Of a stretch of 64,000 bases of DNA, positions 31,509-40,982 are shown one piece after another. Source of the stretch: an uncultured candidate division Zixibacteria bacterium (GTDB lineage: Bacteria; Zixibacteria; MSB-5A5; GN15; PGXB01); the NCBI GenBank assembly GCA_963702205.1, contig OY969724.1, positions 1,024,001 to 1,088,000 of the forward strand. The letters are read 5' to 3'. A program made the position numbers and the translations under genes. Each line of letters opens with the position of its first letter. Within the stretch, counting starts at the first letter, position 1. The notes beneath the pieces were generated by a model. The model ran no database searches. It worked only from the letters and a program-made list of their open reading frames with translations, and was not told the DNA's origin.

Positions 31509-34112
31509 TTATTGTTTTTTGACAGCTGTCTCCCGCGGCGATATCCCGCCGATTACCCCACGAACCGAAATCCAGGCGAAAAGACCCAGCCCCAGTAGAA
31601 AGCCGACAGTGCCAATCCAGGTCCACGTGCCGCCGTCCCCGAGCAGCATAGCGAGTGCAGATGCGGCCATGACACCGCCGCTGGTTAATAAACCCAGCTT
31701 GTTTACGGTAGTATGCAGATCACCCTTTCTGCCGGATTTGGCACGGAGCAAGCCTTGATCTTTGAGTTCCTTTTCAGACGTGGGATCGACTTCGGCATAA
31801 CCCCCCCGGAGATAGTTGAGTAATTGGTATAATCCGAATTTCAACCTTGTCGGCTTGGAACGAACCAGGGCCAGAGGCGGCTGGATCTTTCGCGCAATTC
31901 GTGACATTTTGGTGGAGAAGAATTTCCGTTTCAGCCAACTGTCTCTGGTCGCGCCCAGGACCACACAGGAAAAGTCGTTGGCGACCTGAATGATAGTTCT
32001 GACGGGATTTGAGGATTTGATCAGGCGTAGTTCAACACGCAGCTGCTCGAAGCCATTCTGCTTCACAAAGTCGTCGATCTCGCGTTGAATTCCCGACTGC
32101 AGATTTGCCCGTACAGAGTCCTCGAGATTGGGGTGGTGTGCGTGGAGGACTACTATCTGAGCGCCATTGTCCCTTGCCAACAAACGTGCTTGATAGAGAG
32201 CCGAAGCAGTTTGGGTTGGATCGGCGATAGGGACGAGTATCTTGTCAAACGGAGGTACTCCGTTTTGCTGAAGGATAAGAGTATCACAATTCACCTCAGT
32301 CAGAATGCGATCGATATTGGATCCGACCGCGGTCTGGCGAGCTCGGCTTCGGCCGCGCCAACCCATTATGAGAAGATTAACACCTTGTTCAGTTACGGAT
32401 TCGGCAATCGCCTGTGCCGCCCGGTGTGACACCCGTATCAGGACATTCACCGGGACACCCTGGCCCTCAATGATCCGCACCGCCTCCTTTATCAGATCGC
32501 GGCTCTTTTCGATATAGCGGCTTCCGGCCGATACCGGCAGCTGATCGGGAACGACAACGACATGAAGCAGGATGACAAGACCATTCTGCTTTCTTGCGGC
32601 GCTAATGGCAGGGGGCAGCAGAATTGGCAGAGACGAAGGGTTGGCTAACGGTACGAGTATTTTGAAGCGTGGTTCGTCTGCATCGTGCACGGCTTCCTCC
32701 CGTACAACCACCTTTGATTGTTTCTTCTGATAGGAGCGGGGTTTGGCATACCAATGATACAGAAGGGAACCGGCGCCAATCCAGGCCACGCTGAAATACC
32801 AGGCGATCGGCGAGTAGTCGAACATGAAGACCGCCAGAAAGAGTTTCGTGATGATGCCGATGATCGGTACAATCGGGAAGAACGGCATGAGGTAGCCGTA
32901 TTTGAGACGATCACCATACTTACGACGGATGACGATTACGGCGATATTCACCTGCAAAAACAGAAGCAGAAACATGATGTCCGCCGCCGCCGCCACATCT
33001 TGTATCGGGATGACTACGGCCATGAAAATGATCAGGGCACCGCTGAACAATAAAGCCTTGTGCGGGGTGCGTCGGCGCGGGTGGATGTGAGCAAAGGCAT
33101 CCGGCAAATTCTTATCTCGGCCCATGGCGAACGAGACTCTGGTAGACGAATAGGTCGTGGCGTTAAGGGCGCTCATCGTTGAAAGAATGCCACCGATGAG
33201 AAGCAATACCGTTCCAAACGGCATGAATTGCCGGGCCGCTTCCGCGATACCCAGCTCCGCGTGAATGCCCAGCCATTCAAATGTCGGTATATTGGCATCG
33301 GGGGTCACAGCCCCGATTGAAACAAAGGCCACCAGAATATAGATTGGCACCACGATTGCAAGAGAAAGAAAGACCGCCCTGGGGATGTTCTTGCGCGGTG
33401 ATTTCACTTCCTCACCTGACTGGGCAATTATCTCGTACCCCTCAAACGCGATGAAGGTCAGCCCCATGGCGGTGAGTATGCCGCCAAATCCTTTCGGGGT
33501 AAAATTCTGAAACTTGTTCAGGTAATGCGGGTGTTCAATGATGGCCCAGATTCCGGCACCCACGAATATCAGAAGCACCACGACCTTGAGGATTGTCACG
33601 ATGTTTCCGGCCAAACCGGTTTCGGAAGCGCCTCGGAAGTTGATGTACAAGAAAGCCAGAATGATCAGCACCGCCAGAGCTTTATGAACCAATTCTCCTT
33701 CAAGTCCGAAAATCGAAACATGGAACTCGGACAACACGAGAGCGACATAGGCCCCGAAACCGAGCGCATAGAGACTCCCGGCAACGGCGTGCGCGAACCA
33801 ACTCATCCATCCGGCCAGAAACGAATTAGGGCCGGGCAGACCCTCTCTCACCCAGAGATATCCACCCCCGGCTTCAGGGATAGCCGAACCGAGTTCGGCA
33901 TATACCATCGCCGTGAAGATGGTGACGATGCCATTGAGCGCAAAGGACAGGATTAGGGCCGGACCGGCGACACCGGCAGCAATACCGGTCAGGACGAAGA
34001 TCCCGGCTCCGATCATTGCCCCAACTCCGATCAGGGTGATATCAACAAGCCGGAGATCCCTGCTTAGGGTAATACCCGTCGTCCTGTCTTGTTCAGCGGA
34101 AGTGTCGGTCAA
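31509..34112 (-). CDS. APC-family permease fused to two universal-stress (USP) domains
   Basis: GAMIGAGIF, YAELGS, FEGYE; ILVPLAN and ILVPIAD USP starts. Confidence 0.88.
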   Translation of the reverse strand: MTDTSAEQDRTTGITLSRDLRLVDITLIGVGAMIGAGIFVLTGIAAGVAGPALILSFALNGIVTIFTAMVYAELGSAIPEAGGGYLWVREGLPGPNSFLAGWMSWFAHAVAGSLYALGFGAYVALVLSEFHVSIFGLEGELVHKALAVLIILAFLYINFRGASETGLAGNIVTILKVVVLLIFVGAGIWAIIEHPHYLNKFQNFTPKGFGGILTAMGLTFIAFEGYEIIAQSGEEVKSPRKNIPRAVFLSLAIVVPIYILVAFVSIGAVTPDANIPTFEWLGIHAELGIAEAARQFMPFGTVLLLIGGILSTMSALNATTYSSTRVSFAMGRDKNLPDAFAHIHPRRRTPHKALLFSGALIIFMAVVIPIQDVAAAADIMFLLLFLQVNIAVIVIRRKYGDRLKYGYLMPFFPIVPIIGIITKLFLAVFMFDYSPIAWYFSVAWIGAGSLLYHWYAKPRSYQKKQSKVVVREEAVHDADEPRFKILVPLANPSSLPILLPPAISAARKQNGLVILLHVVVVPDQLPVSAGSRYIEKSRDLIKEAVRIIEGQGVPVNVLIRVSHRAAQAIAESVTEQGVNLLIMGWRGRSRARQTAVGSNIDRILTEVNCDTLILQQNGVPPFDKILVPIADPTQTASALYQARLLARDNGAQIVVLHAHHPNLEDSVRANLQSGIQREIDDFVKQNGFEQLRVELRLIKSSNPVRTIIQVANDFSCVVLGATRDSWLKRKFFSTKMSRIARKIQPPLALVRSKPTRLKFGLYQLLNYLRGGYAEVDPTSEKELKDQGLLRAKSGRKGDLHTTVNKLGLLTSGGVMAASALAMLLGDGGTWTWIGTVGFLLGLGLFAWISVRGVIGGISPRETAVKKQ

Positions 34113-34127
34113 GCTGGCCTCCTTTCC

Positions 34128-35960
34128 CTACTCAATCACGGGGAGGGTAAATGTAAAGTCACTACCTTTGCCGGGAGTCGATTCTACCCAGATTGCTCCG
34201 CCGTGGGCCCGTACGATTTCCTTGCAGATTGCCAGCCCCAGGCCCGATCCACCCGACTCCTGACCGGCAACTTGTACGAGCTTTTCGAATATCCTCGACT
34301 GGTACTCCGGAGGTACGCCCGGACCGTCGTCATGGACTGTAATGTGGATGTGCTTACCGACTTGCCGTGCCGATATCGAGACATGGCCTTCCTTTTCCGT
34401 GTACCTCAGGGCATTCGAGATAAGATTGGTCAATACCCACGTGATCTTGTTGGCGTCCGCGCGAACATCGGGAAGAGTGCCCACGGGCTCGGATTTCAGG
34501 GTAACTCCCTTCATTTCGGCCTGGCTTTGAAACACTGTCCTCACATGTTCAAAGAGCGACGGGACTTGAACGCCTTCGAATTCGAGTTGAATCCGACCGG
34601 CTTCAATCCTGGACAGGTCCAATAGATCGTTGACAAGGGCTTTCATCCGATGGACCTCTTCGTGGGCCGCTTTGAGAAGCTCGCGATCTCGTTCGGCCAG
34701 TCCGGAGGCGGCATTCTCCTGAAGCAGATCAACGCTCATACTTAAGCTGGTAAGGGGCGTGCGGAGTTCGTGCGAAGCTGCCATTATGAACTCACTCTTG
34801 AGCCGTTCCACTTCTCGCAAGCGAGTAACATCCCGCAGCAGCAGCACAATGCCGGATAAACTCCGGTCGCGTCCTCTGATGGATGTAATGGAGAACAGGT
34901 AGTGCCGCGAGCCCTCGCTTCGGGGAAACGACAGTATCCGCTGCTCGGCCGGGATGTCAGGCTGTTCGCCGGTTTGAATCGTCTGGCGAATGAGTTCGCA
35001 AATATGCGTCTTGGGAAAAATGTCGGCGCATTGCCAATCGCCAGATTGCACCGAATCCAAATCCAGGAGGCGTTTGGCTCCTGGGTTTATGCTCGTTATT
35101 TTCAATTCAGTGTCAAATACGATTACGCCATCGTCGATACTGGTAAGAATTGCGTCGGCTTTGTTCTTCTCGGCGATGATCTGGTCGATATTCATTTTGT
35201 GATACCGATCCAGCTTGGTGGCCATCTGATTGAATTCACCGGCCAGACGACCTAATTCGTCGCGCGTTTCGACCGGTACTTCAACCGAGTAATTGCCCTC
35301 TGATATCTGCCGGGACGCCTCCATGAATCGCCGGATCGGTCCAACGACGCGTTCGGCCAGTATGAGACTGAAAATCAGAGCAAGAATGAGAGCGGAAGCC
35401 GCGACCAGTGAGGTTGACCAAATGGCTCGGTCCGCCACGTCGCGAGCGCGCACACTGGCGGTATACATCGTCTCCTCGTTGAATTGCCGCAGTCGGACGC
35501 AGAGTTCACGCACACCTGCAAACAGCGGGTACACGGACCGTTGATATAACGTATCAGGGAGAGTAGCGGTAAGCGCTCCATGCTCATCATTCATCAGAGA
35601 GAAACGGTTTCGATAGATGGAGTAGGCAGTGTCGATTGAGTCAATCAGTTCGGCTTCACCTTTGATGGTAATGTTATCCCTGGCCCGGGCAAACCACTGA
35701 AGAAACAGGGCCTCGTTATCGCCGAACTGCTTCGCACCGGTTTGCCTGTCGCCCATCAGAAACAACAGGACACCGCTATCCTGCCGCTCCAGGGCATCGA
35801 CCATGTTCTCGGCGGCGAGGATGCTTCGATAGTTTTCGCTCAGAATCGCTTCGCTTGCCTTACCTAATGACACCAGATTAGTGACCGCCCATACGATCAC
35901 CAGACTCATCAGGGCGAACGCCACACCATAGCCGATCAGTATTTTCTTTTTAATTGTCAT
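34128..35960 (-). CDS. KinB-like sensor histidine kinase (4HB-HAMP-PAS-HisKA-HATPase)
   Basis: ENYRSILAAENM..ALERQDS; ASHELRTPL; NLISNA; GSGLGL. Confidence 0.92.
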   Translation of the reverse strand: MTIKKKILIGYGVAFALMSLVIVWAVTNLVSLGKASEAILSENYRSILAAENMVDALERQDSGVLLFLMGDRQTGAKQFGDNEALFLQWFARARDNITIKGEAELIDSIDTAYSIYRNRFSLMNDEHGALTATLPDTLYQRSVYPLFAGVRELCVRLRQFNEETMYTASVRARDVADRAIWSTSLVAASALILALIFSLILAERVVGPIRRFMEASRQISEGNYSVEVPVETRDELGRLAGEFNQMATKLDRYHKMNIDQIIAEKNKADAILTSIDDGVIVFDTELKITSINPGAKRLLDLDSVQSGDWQCADIFPKTHICELIRQTIQTGEQPDIPAEQRILSFPRSEGSRHYLFSITSIRGRDRSLSGIVLLLRDVTRLREVERLKSEFIMAASHELRTPLTSLSMSVDLLQENAASGLAERDRELLKAAHEEVHRMKALVNDLLDLSRIEAGRIQLEFEGVQVPSLFEHVRTVFQSQAEMKGVTLKSEPVGTLPDVRADANKITWVLTNLISNALRYTEKEGHVSISARQVGKHIHITVHDDGPGVPPEYQSRIFEKLVQVAGQESGGSGLGLAICKEIVRAHGGAIWVESTPGKGSDFTFTLPVIE

Positions 35961-36009
35961 TTTGACACATCCTCCGTGCGGTCAGCCGCACGCGTAGCAC
36001 TGTATGTTA

Positions 36010-36025
36010 TGCAATCATCGTGCCA
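36010..36025 (-). promoter_or_regulatory. Sigma-54 (-24/-12) promoter
   Basis: Minus strand TGGCAC-GATGA-TTGCA, about 50 nt upstream of the HK start. Confidence 0.85.
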
Positions 36026-36106
36026 TGCTACGGCACGTAGCAGCAACGACTTACGACGGGATATCGATACGGAGCATTGAAATCTGAAAGATAGAGCCAA
36101 AACGGA

Positions 36107-36123
36107 CCTTGCGAAATGCAAGG
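36107..36123. promoter_or_regulatory. Candidate enhancer (UAS) for the sigma-54 activator
   Basis: Palindrome CCTTGC-GAAAT-GCAAGG about 80-100 bp upstream of the -24 box. Confidence 0.5.
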
Positions 36124-36145
36124 CGCATGAGACAGGCCGATTGAT

Positions 36146-37501
36146 TCAGATGCCGTAGGTTTTTCTCCTTCGCCAGAGCGTCGCCTGGTCCATCCCAAGG
36201 ATATCCGCTGCTTCCTGAAGAGAGGAGGTGCTGGCCATGACTCTTCTGATGTGCAGTTCTTCAATCGCGGAAAGAGGGATTGGATCGCCAATCTTCGGAT
36301 CAGTATGTGACGGCGTGAAATGCCGCGGCAGATCGAGTCTTCCGATTCTTTCGCCACTCCCGAGTATGACCGCCCGTTCGATCGCATTGCTCAGTTCCCT
36401 GATGTTCCCCGGCCAATTGTGACGGGCCAGCGTTTCCTCAACATCTTCCGTGAAACCAAGCATAGTCTTATGATTGGTCCGACTGAAATATGTCAGGAAC
36501 TCCATGGCTAACGGCATGATATCTTCTGTTCGTTCTCTTAGCGGTGGTATCACGACATTGATCACGTTGAGCCGATAGAATAAATCCTGTCGAAAATGAC
36601 CTTTGGCTACCGACATCTCAAGATCGGCATTGGTAGCCGCGAGTATGCGAACATCGGCCTGTTTTGTTATGGATTCGCCCAGACGCTCATACTCTTTATC
36701 CTGAATGAACCGGAGGAGTTTGACCTGAAGCGATGGTGCCAGATCACCGATTTCATCAAGGAAAAGGGTTCCCCCCTCACATGCCGCAATCCGTCCCGGA
36801 TTGTCCCTGGTTGCCCCGGTAAATGCACCTTGTACATGACCAAACAACTCGCTTTCGAGAAGCTCGGCCGGTACCGCCGGGCAGGATACTACGGCCATTG
36901 GCTTTCCCGCTCTATTACTCCAGGTGTGAATGGCTCTGGCAAGAACTGATTTCCCGGTGCCGTTCTCGCCCTGGAGCAGTATTATGGCTTCAGATTGCGC
37001 GGCAGTCCTTGCGGTCTCAAAGACTCTCTGCATGGAAGCGTTATTGCTCTGCAGGCGGACCTCAGGTCGCATTCGGCGAATATCATCTCGTAAGCCACTG
37101 ACCTCGGCCTCGAGTTCCCGGATTCGGGCAATACGCTTTGCCATCAGTCGGACCTGATCCGGCGTAAATGGTTTGGCAATGTAATCAATTGCCCCGCGCT
37201 TCATGGCTTCCACGGCGCTTTCAATTGAAGCATGGGCGGTAATGACAACGATTTTCATCCACGGAGAATCGGATAGCAGCTCAGGAATCAATTCCAGGCC
37301 GTCGGCGTTACCCAGCTTGAGGTCAACAAAGGCCAGATCGAAAGATCGCTTTTTGGCTTCATCAGTAGCATCCGCAAAATTGCTTACCGCTATTACCGTG
37401 TGTCCTTCTATGGCCAGGCAGTAGGACAAAGTCTTCCGGATATTGGCTTCATCGTCGACGACAAGAACCAATATCGGATGCTGGTTATTCGATTCTGTCA
37501 C
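36146..37501 (-). CDS. NtrC/AlgB-like sigma-54 dependent response regulator
   Basis: Receiver; GENGTGKS; ESELFGH..GAFTGA; FLDEIG; Fis-type HTH. Confidence 0.94.
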   Translation of the reverse strand: MTESNNQHPILVLVVDDEANIRKTLSYCLAIEGHTVIAVSNFADATDEAKKRSFDLAFVDLKLGNADGLELIPELLSDSPWMKIVVITAHASIESAVEAMKRGAIDYIAKPFTPDQVRLMAKRIARIRELEAEVSGLRDDIRRMRPEVRLQSNNASMQRVFETARTAAQSEAIILLQGENGTGKSVLARAIHTWSNRAGKPMAVVSCPAVPAELLESELFGHVQGAFTGATRDNPGRIAACEGGTLFLDEIGDLAPSLQVKLLRFIQDKEYERLGESITKQADVRILAATNADLEMSVAKGHFRQDLFYRLNVINVVIPPLRERTEDIMPLAMEFLTYFSRTNHKTMLGFTEDVEETLARHNWPGNIRELSNAIERAVILGSGERIGRLDLPRHFTPSHTDPKIGDPIPLSAIEELHIRRVMASTSSLQEAADILGMDQATLWRRRKTYGI

Positions 37502-37504
37502 GAC

Positions 37505-37723
37505 CTATTTATCTCCAGTCTTCTTCTCGTTTTTCTGAGAGAGAAGCTCTATTTGCTTAATTGCCAGCGGAGAAGGAACACTCCTGCCACTCTCCCATCG
37601 ATTGACTGTTGAGAAAGTCACACCGACGGCAGCAGCGAACTGTTCCTGGGTGAGCCCGAGTTTCTTCCGCAATCGTCTGATTCTTCCGGGCAAGTCACTT
37701 CCTGCAAAAGCTGACTGAGTCAT
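37505..37723 (-). CDS. XRE-family HTH regulator
   Basis: IRRLRKKLGLTQEQFA..VGVTFSTVNRWE. Confidence 0.85.
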   Translation of the reverse strand: MTQSAFAGSDLPGRIRRLRKKLGLTQEQFAAAVGVTFSTVNRWESGRSVPSPLAIKQIELLSQKNEKKTGDK

Positions 37724-37982
37724 TACGAGATCTCTCCGTTTATCATAGTGGCAACCGCTCTTGTATCGCACTTGCTATATGAAAATATATAGTTCAGGTA
37801 ATCGAAGTCAAGGCCAGTATCTGCCCCGGAGGAATCGCTACTGACCGTCGCTTTTGGTGCTTAAGTAAGAATCAACCAGGGACTAGCAACTTGAGCTGGC
37901 TTGAAAGGCAAAAAGTATGGTGAGAGTGATATTGGATTTCTTGATGATTGTAAACTATTGTGCAACAACAGAATGATAAAAA

Positions 37983-38018
37983 GCGGGGGCTACAAGACGA
38001 GTTCCGCAACTGGGTAAT
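37983..38018 (+). repeat. Degenerate 36-bp direct repeat, copy 2 (att-like)
   Basis: 28/36 match to 24848; aaaaagcgggg is shared with the tRNA-Asp 3' flank at 47316-47326. Confidence 0.55.
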
Positions 38019-38148
38019 CGAAAATGCGGCATGAAACTGGATAAGTGTCCTCTTAACTTCATTATATCGTCTGTCTATTTCTTCCCTATTTAAAATTATC
38101 CAGACTCTGATGCCGGTTGGCCAGGATTTGACGAATCTAATTTCGTAT

Positions 38149-38165
38149 TTTCATCTGGATTTCAT
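38149..38165 (+). promoter_or_regulatory. TTTCAT-N5-TTTCAT box upstream of the response regulator
   Basis: Identical to 26336-26352. Confidence 0.55.
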
Positions 38166-38205
38166 ATTAAAGAACGTTATTATGTTTAAAATAATGAGAT
38201 AAAAT

Positions 38206-38904
38206 ATGCGCGTCCTGATAATAGAAGATGACCGGAGGGTTGCGGAATCGATAGCCAAAAACCTTCGGACCGAAAGTTTTGCCGTAGACATCGCTCGCGA
38301 CGGCGAGTCCGGCGAGGAAATGGCCAAAATCAATGACTATGATGTCATCGTGCTCGATCTCATGTTGCCCGAACAGGATGGCTGGAAAACGTGCGCCAAT
38401 CTCCGCAAAGCCGATGTTCTTACGCCAATTCTGATGCTGACCGCGCTTGACGACGTTTCCGACAAAATTCGCGGCCTCGATTCGGGCGCCGACGATTATC
38501 TGACCAAGCCGTTTCATTTTGGCGAGCTTCTGGCTCGTATCCGGTCACTCATCCGACGCCATTCGACCGTGCGCAATACGAACATCGAAAACTTTGGTCT
38601 AAAACTCGACCTTAATACTCATAAGGCCTTTCGTGATGATCACGAGATAAATTTGACGGCCAAAGAATTCGCATTGCTCGAATTATTCATGCTGCATCCG
38701 GGACGGATTCTATCGCGGCAGGAAATATCCGAACACTTGTGGGACATGAACTTCGACCCCAAAAGCAACGTCATCGAATCTTTCATAAGATTTTTAAGAA
38801 AAAAAATAGACCACGGATTCGATCGGCCGTTAATCCATACCATGCGGGGAGCCGGATACATGTTTTCGGACACCGACCCCCACGCACCGGTTGATGAAAA
38901 ATGA
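38206..38904 (+). CDS. OmpR/CusR-family response regulator
   Basis: [22 protein letters not shown]; winged helix. Confidence 0.94.
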   Translation: MRVLIIEDDRRVAESIAKNLRTESFAVDIARDGESGEEMAKINDYDVIVLDLMLPEQDGWKTCANLRKADVLTPILMLTALDDVSDKIRGLDSGADDYLTKPFHFGELLARIRSLIRRHSTVRNTNIENFGLKLDLNTHKAFRDDHEINLTAKEFALLELFMLHPGRILSRQEISEHLWDMNFDPKSNVIESFIRFLRKKIDHGFDRPLIHTMRGAGYMFSDTDPHAPVDEK

Positions 38905-40295
38905 CCATACGTACCAAAATAATTTTAGCCAATATTATTGTTTTCGGGATTATTCTCTTTGCCGTCGCGGTAGTGGTTTATAACCGGACGCTTGAATCCG
39001 AGACGGCCCGGATCGATTCGCGGCTCGATACCTTCGCGGTCGGTTTTATTACCGAATTCGAGGACGAGTGGGAAAACAATGAATTTCCCGACAGCGATGA
39101 AATGGATTTGATCGGAACCGACCACCAATCCGATATTCGCATCCAACTGCTCGATAATACGGGAAAAGTCCTGTTTCAGCGCGGGGAGCTTCCATCGCTT
39201 CCTGCCTCGATAGTCAGATTTGTCTCAAACAATTCGAACCTATGGCAGAACATAATAATAGGCCATGAGCCTTTCCGTCGTTTCGCGCGACCGGTCGAAA
39301 TAGAAGATCACGATAATTTCGTCCTCGTATTGGCGGCATCCACCGAAGAGATGGAAGATCGCCTGGAAAGTCTCACGCTCGTCTTGATATTCAGCCTTGC
39401 CGGTGCCCTTCTGCTTTCGGTGCTGGCCGTATATTTTATCACGGGTCGGGCTTTCCGGCCGCTTATTCGTATGGTCGAGACCGCCGAAACGATTTCCGCA
39501 TCTACGTTGCACCGTCGTCTCGATGAACCTTCCACCCGCGATGAAGTCGGCCGCCTGACCAGCGCCTTCAACGACATGATGCGGCGCATAGAGGCTGCCT
39601 TTAAAAGTCAACGGCAATTTGTCGCCGACGCTTCCCACGAACTTCGCACGCCGCTGACCATCGTAATCGGCGAATTGGAATTTCTTAAACGTCAAATCGA
39701 CGACGGCCAACTCAACGATAGCATTAATACCGTGCTGCACGAGATGGACCGTCTGACACACTTAATACAGGAATTGCTGCTGCTGGCGCGCATCGACGCG
39801 CAAAAACTCCCCATCGACAAAAAAACTGTCAGGCTCGATGAAATTCTGGCCGAATGCATCCGGCTTCAACTGCCATCAGCTGCCGCAAGGAACGTGCAAA
39901 TCGACCTCCATATCGACGATGCGATCGAAATTTACGGAGACACCGAATACATCAGACGAGCCTTTATAAATATCATAGATAATGCCGTCAAATATTCCCC
40001 CGACGGGGGAAAAGTGGCAGTGGCGCTTCGTTCCGAGGAAGAAAACGGTATCGTTACCATTGATGATCAGGGACCGGGAATTGATCCTTCCGATATCGAA
40101 CTGGTCTTTAAGCGATTTTATCGCTCACCAAAAGCCCGGCAGATGCACGATGGCAGCGGGTTGGGTTTGGCCATTGCCAAAGAACTGATCGAGGCGCACG
40201 GCGGCAAAATCGAACTTGCTGGCGCTGAAAGCGTCGGCACGAGAGTCATAATTCGCCTTCCCTTCGGCGGACCGACCGATTCCATTTCAGACTAA
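38901..40295 (+). CDS. CusS-like sensor histidine kinase
   Basis: 2 TM, HAMP, DASHELRTPL, NIIDNAVKY, GSGLGL. Confidence 0.93.
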   Translation: MTIRTKIILANIIVFGIILFAVAVVVYNRTLESETARIDSRLDTFAVGFITEFEDEWENNEFPDSDEMDLIGTDHQSDIRIQLLDNTGKVLFQRGELPSLPASIVRFVSNNSNLWQNIIIGHEPFRRFARPVEIEDHDNFVLVLAASTEEMEDRLESLTLVLIFSLAGALLLSVLAVYFITGRAFRPLIRMVETAETISASTLHRRLDEPSTRDEVGRLTSAFNDMMRRIEAAFKSQRQFVADASHELRTPLTIVIGELEFLKRQIDDGQLNDSINTVLHEMDRLTHLIQELLLLARIDAQKLPIDKKTVRLDEILAECIRLQLPSAAARNVQIDLHIDDAIEIYGDTEYIRRAFINIIDNAVKYSPDGGKVAVALRSEEENGIVTIDDQGPGIDPSDIELVFKRFYRSPKARQMHDGSGLGLAIAKELIEAHGGKIELAGAESVGTRVIIRLPFGGPTDSISD

Positions 40296-40343
40296 TCCAC
40301 AATTCCGCACTAAATTTCCGGGATACGAAAAAAAGTCGTCCAT

Positions 40344-40360
40344 TTTCATTTCTGTTTCAT
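40344..40360 (+). promoter_or_regulatory. TTTCAT-N5-TTTCAT box upstream of the PepSY-RND operon
   Basis: tttcat-ttctg-tttcat. Confidence 0.55.
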
Positions 40361-40442
40361 GTTTGCTCTTTATTCTCAGGTCGAGCCTGACCCACAAATT
40401 GGGCTTGGCAAGAAAGAAGGAACCTAAACAAAAGGAACTGCC

Positions 40443-40982
40443 ATGAAAAAGATTTGGACCAATCTGATGGTTGCGGCGGCATTGACGGCCCTGTTGTGGG
40501 GTGCCGCCATTGTGCCGACCCGGGCCGATGAGTCGGCCAAAAAGCCCGAAATTTCGGCCCCCGAAGCCGTTCTGACCGCCTTTCACAAGGCCTACCCTGC
40601 CGCCGTAATCGGTGATATTTCTAAAGAAACGAAGGGCGATCAGACTTATTTTGAAATCGAAAGCGTCGACGGAAAAACACGTCGCGATCTTTTATATTTC
40701 CCCGACGGCAAAGTTTTCGAAATCGAAGAAGCTATCGCGGTCAAAGACCTGCCTAACAGCATAACCAAAACGATTAAAGACAAATACCCCGACGGCGAAA
40801 TACACAAAGCCGAGAAGATTACTCGCGGAGGCATCGCTGAGTACGAAGTCCTGGTGGAAAACGGTGAGAACAATCTGGAAATCCTTCTCGACTCCAAAGG
40901 TGTAATTAAATCGCAGGCTTCGACTTCTGACGATGACGAAAAGACCGAAAGCGGCGAAAGCGGTGAAGCCGACGAAGATTAA
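40443..40982 (+). CDS. Periplasmic PepSY-like (BLIP-like) protein
   Basis: Signal peptide; two repeats P.AV..AF.K.YP / LP..I...IK.KYP...YE. Confidence 0.8.
   Translation: MKKIWTNLMVAAALTALLWGAAIVPTRADESAKKPEISAPEAVLTAFHKAYPAAVIGDISKETKGDQTYFEIESVDGKTRRDLLYFPDGKVFEIEEAIAVKDLPNSITKTIKDKYPDGEIHKAEKITRGGIAEYEVLVENGENNLEILLDSKGVIKSQASTSDDDEKTESGESGEADED

Noticed and set aside
37765..37778. XRE operator (atcgca-ct-tgctat) or toxin-antitoxin / restriction controller role
   Set aside because: Imperfect single palindrome, and no toxin or R-M gene is adjacent.
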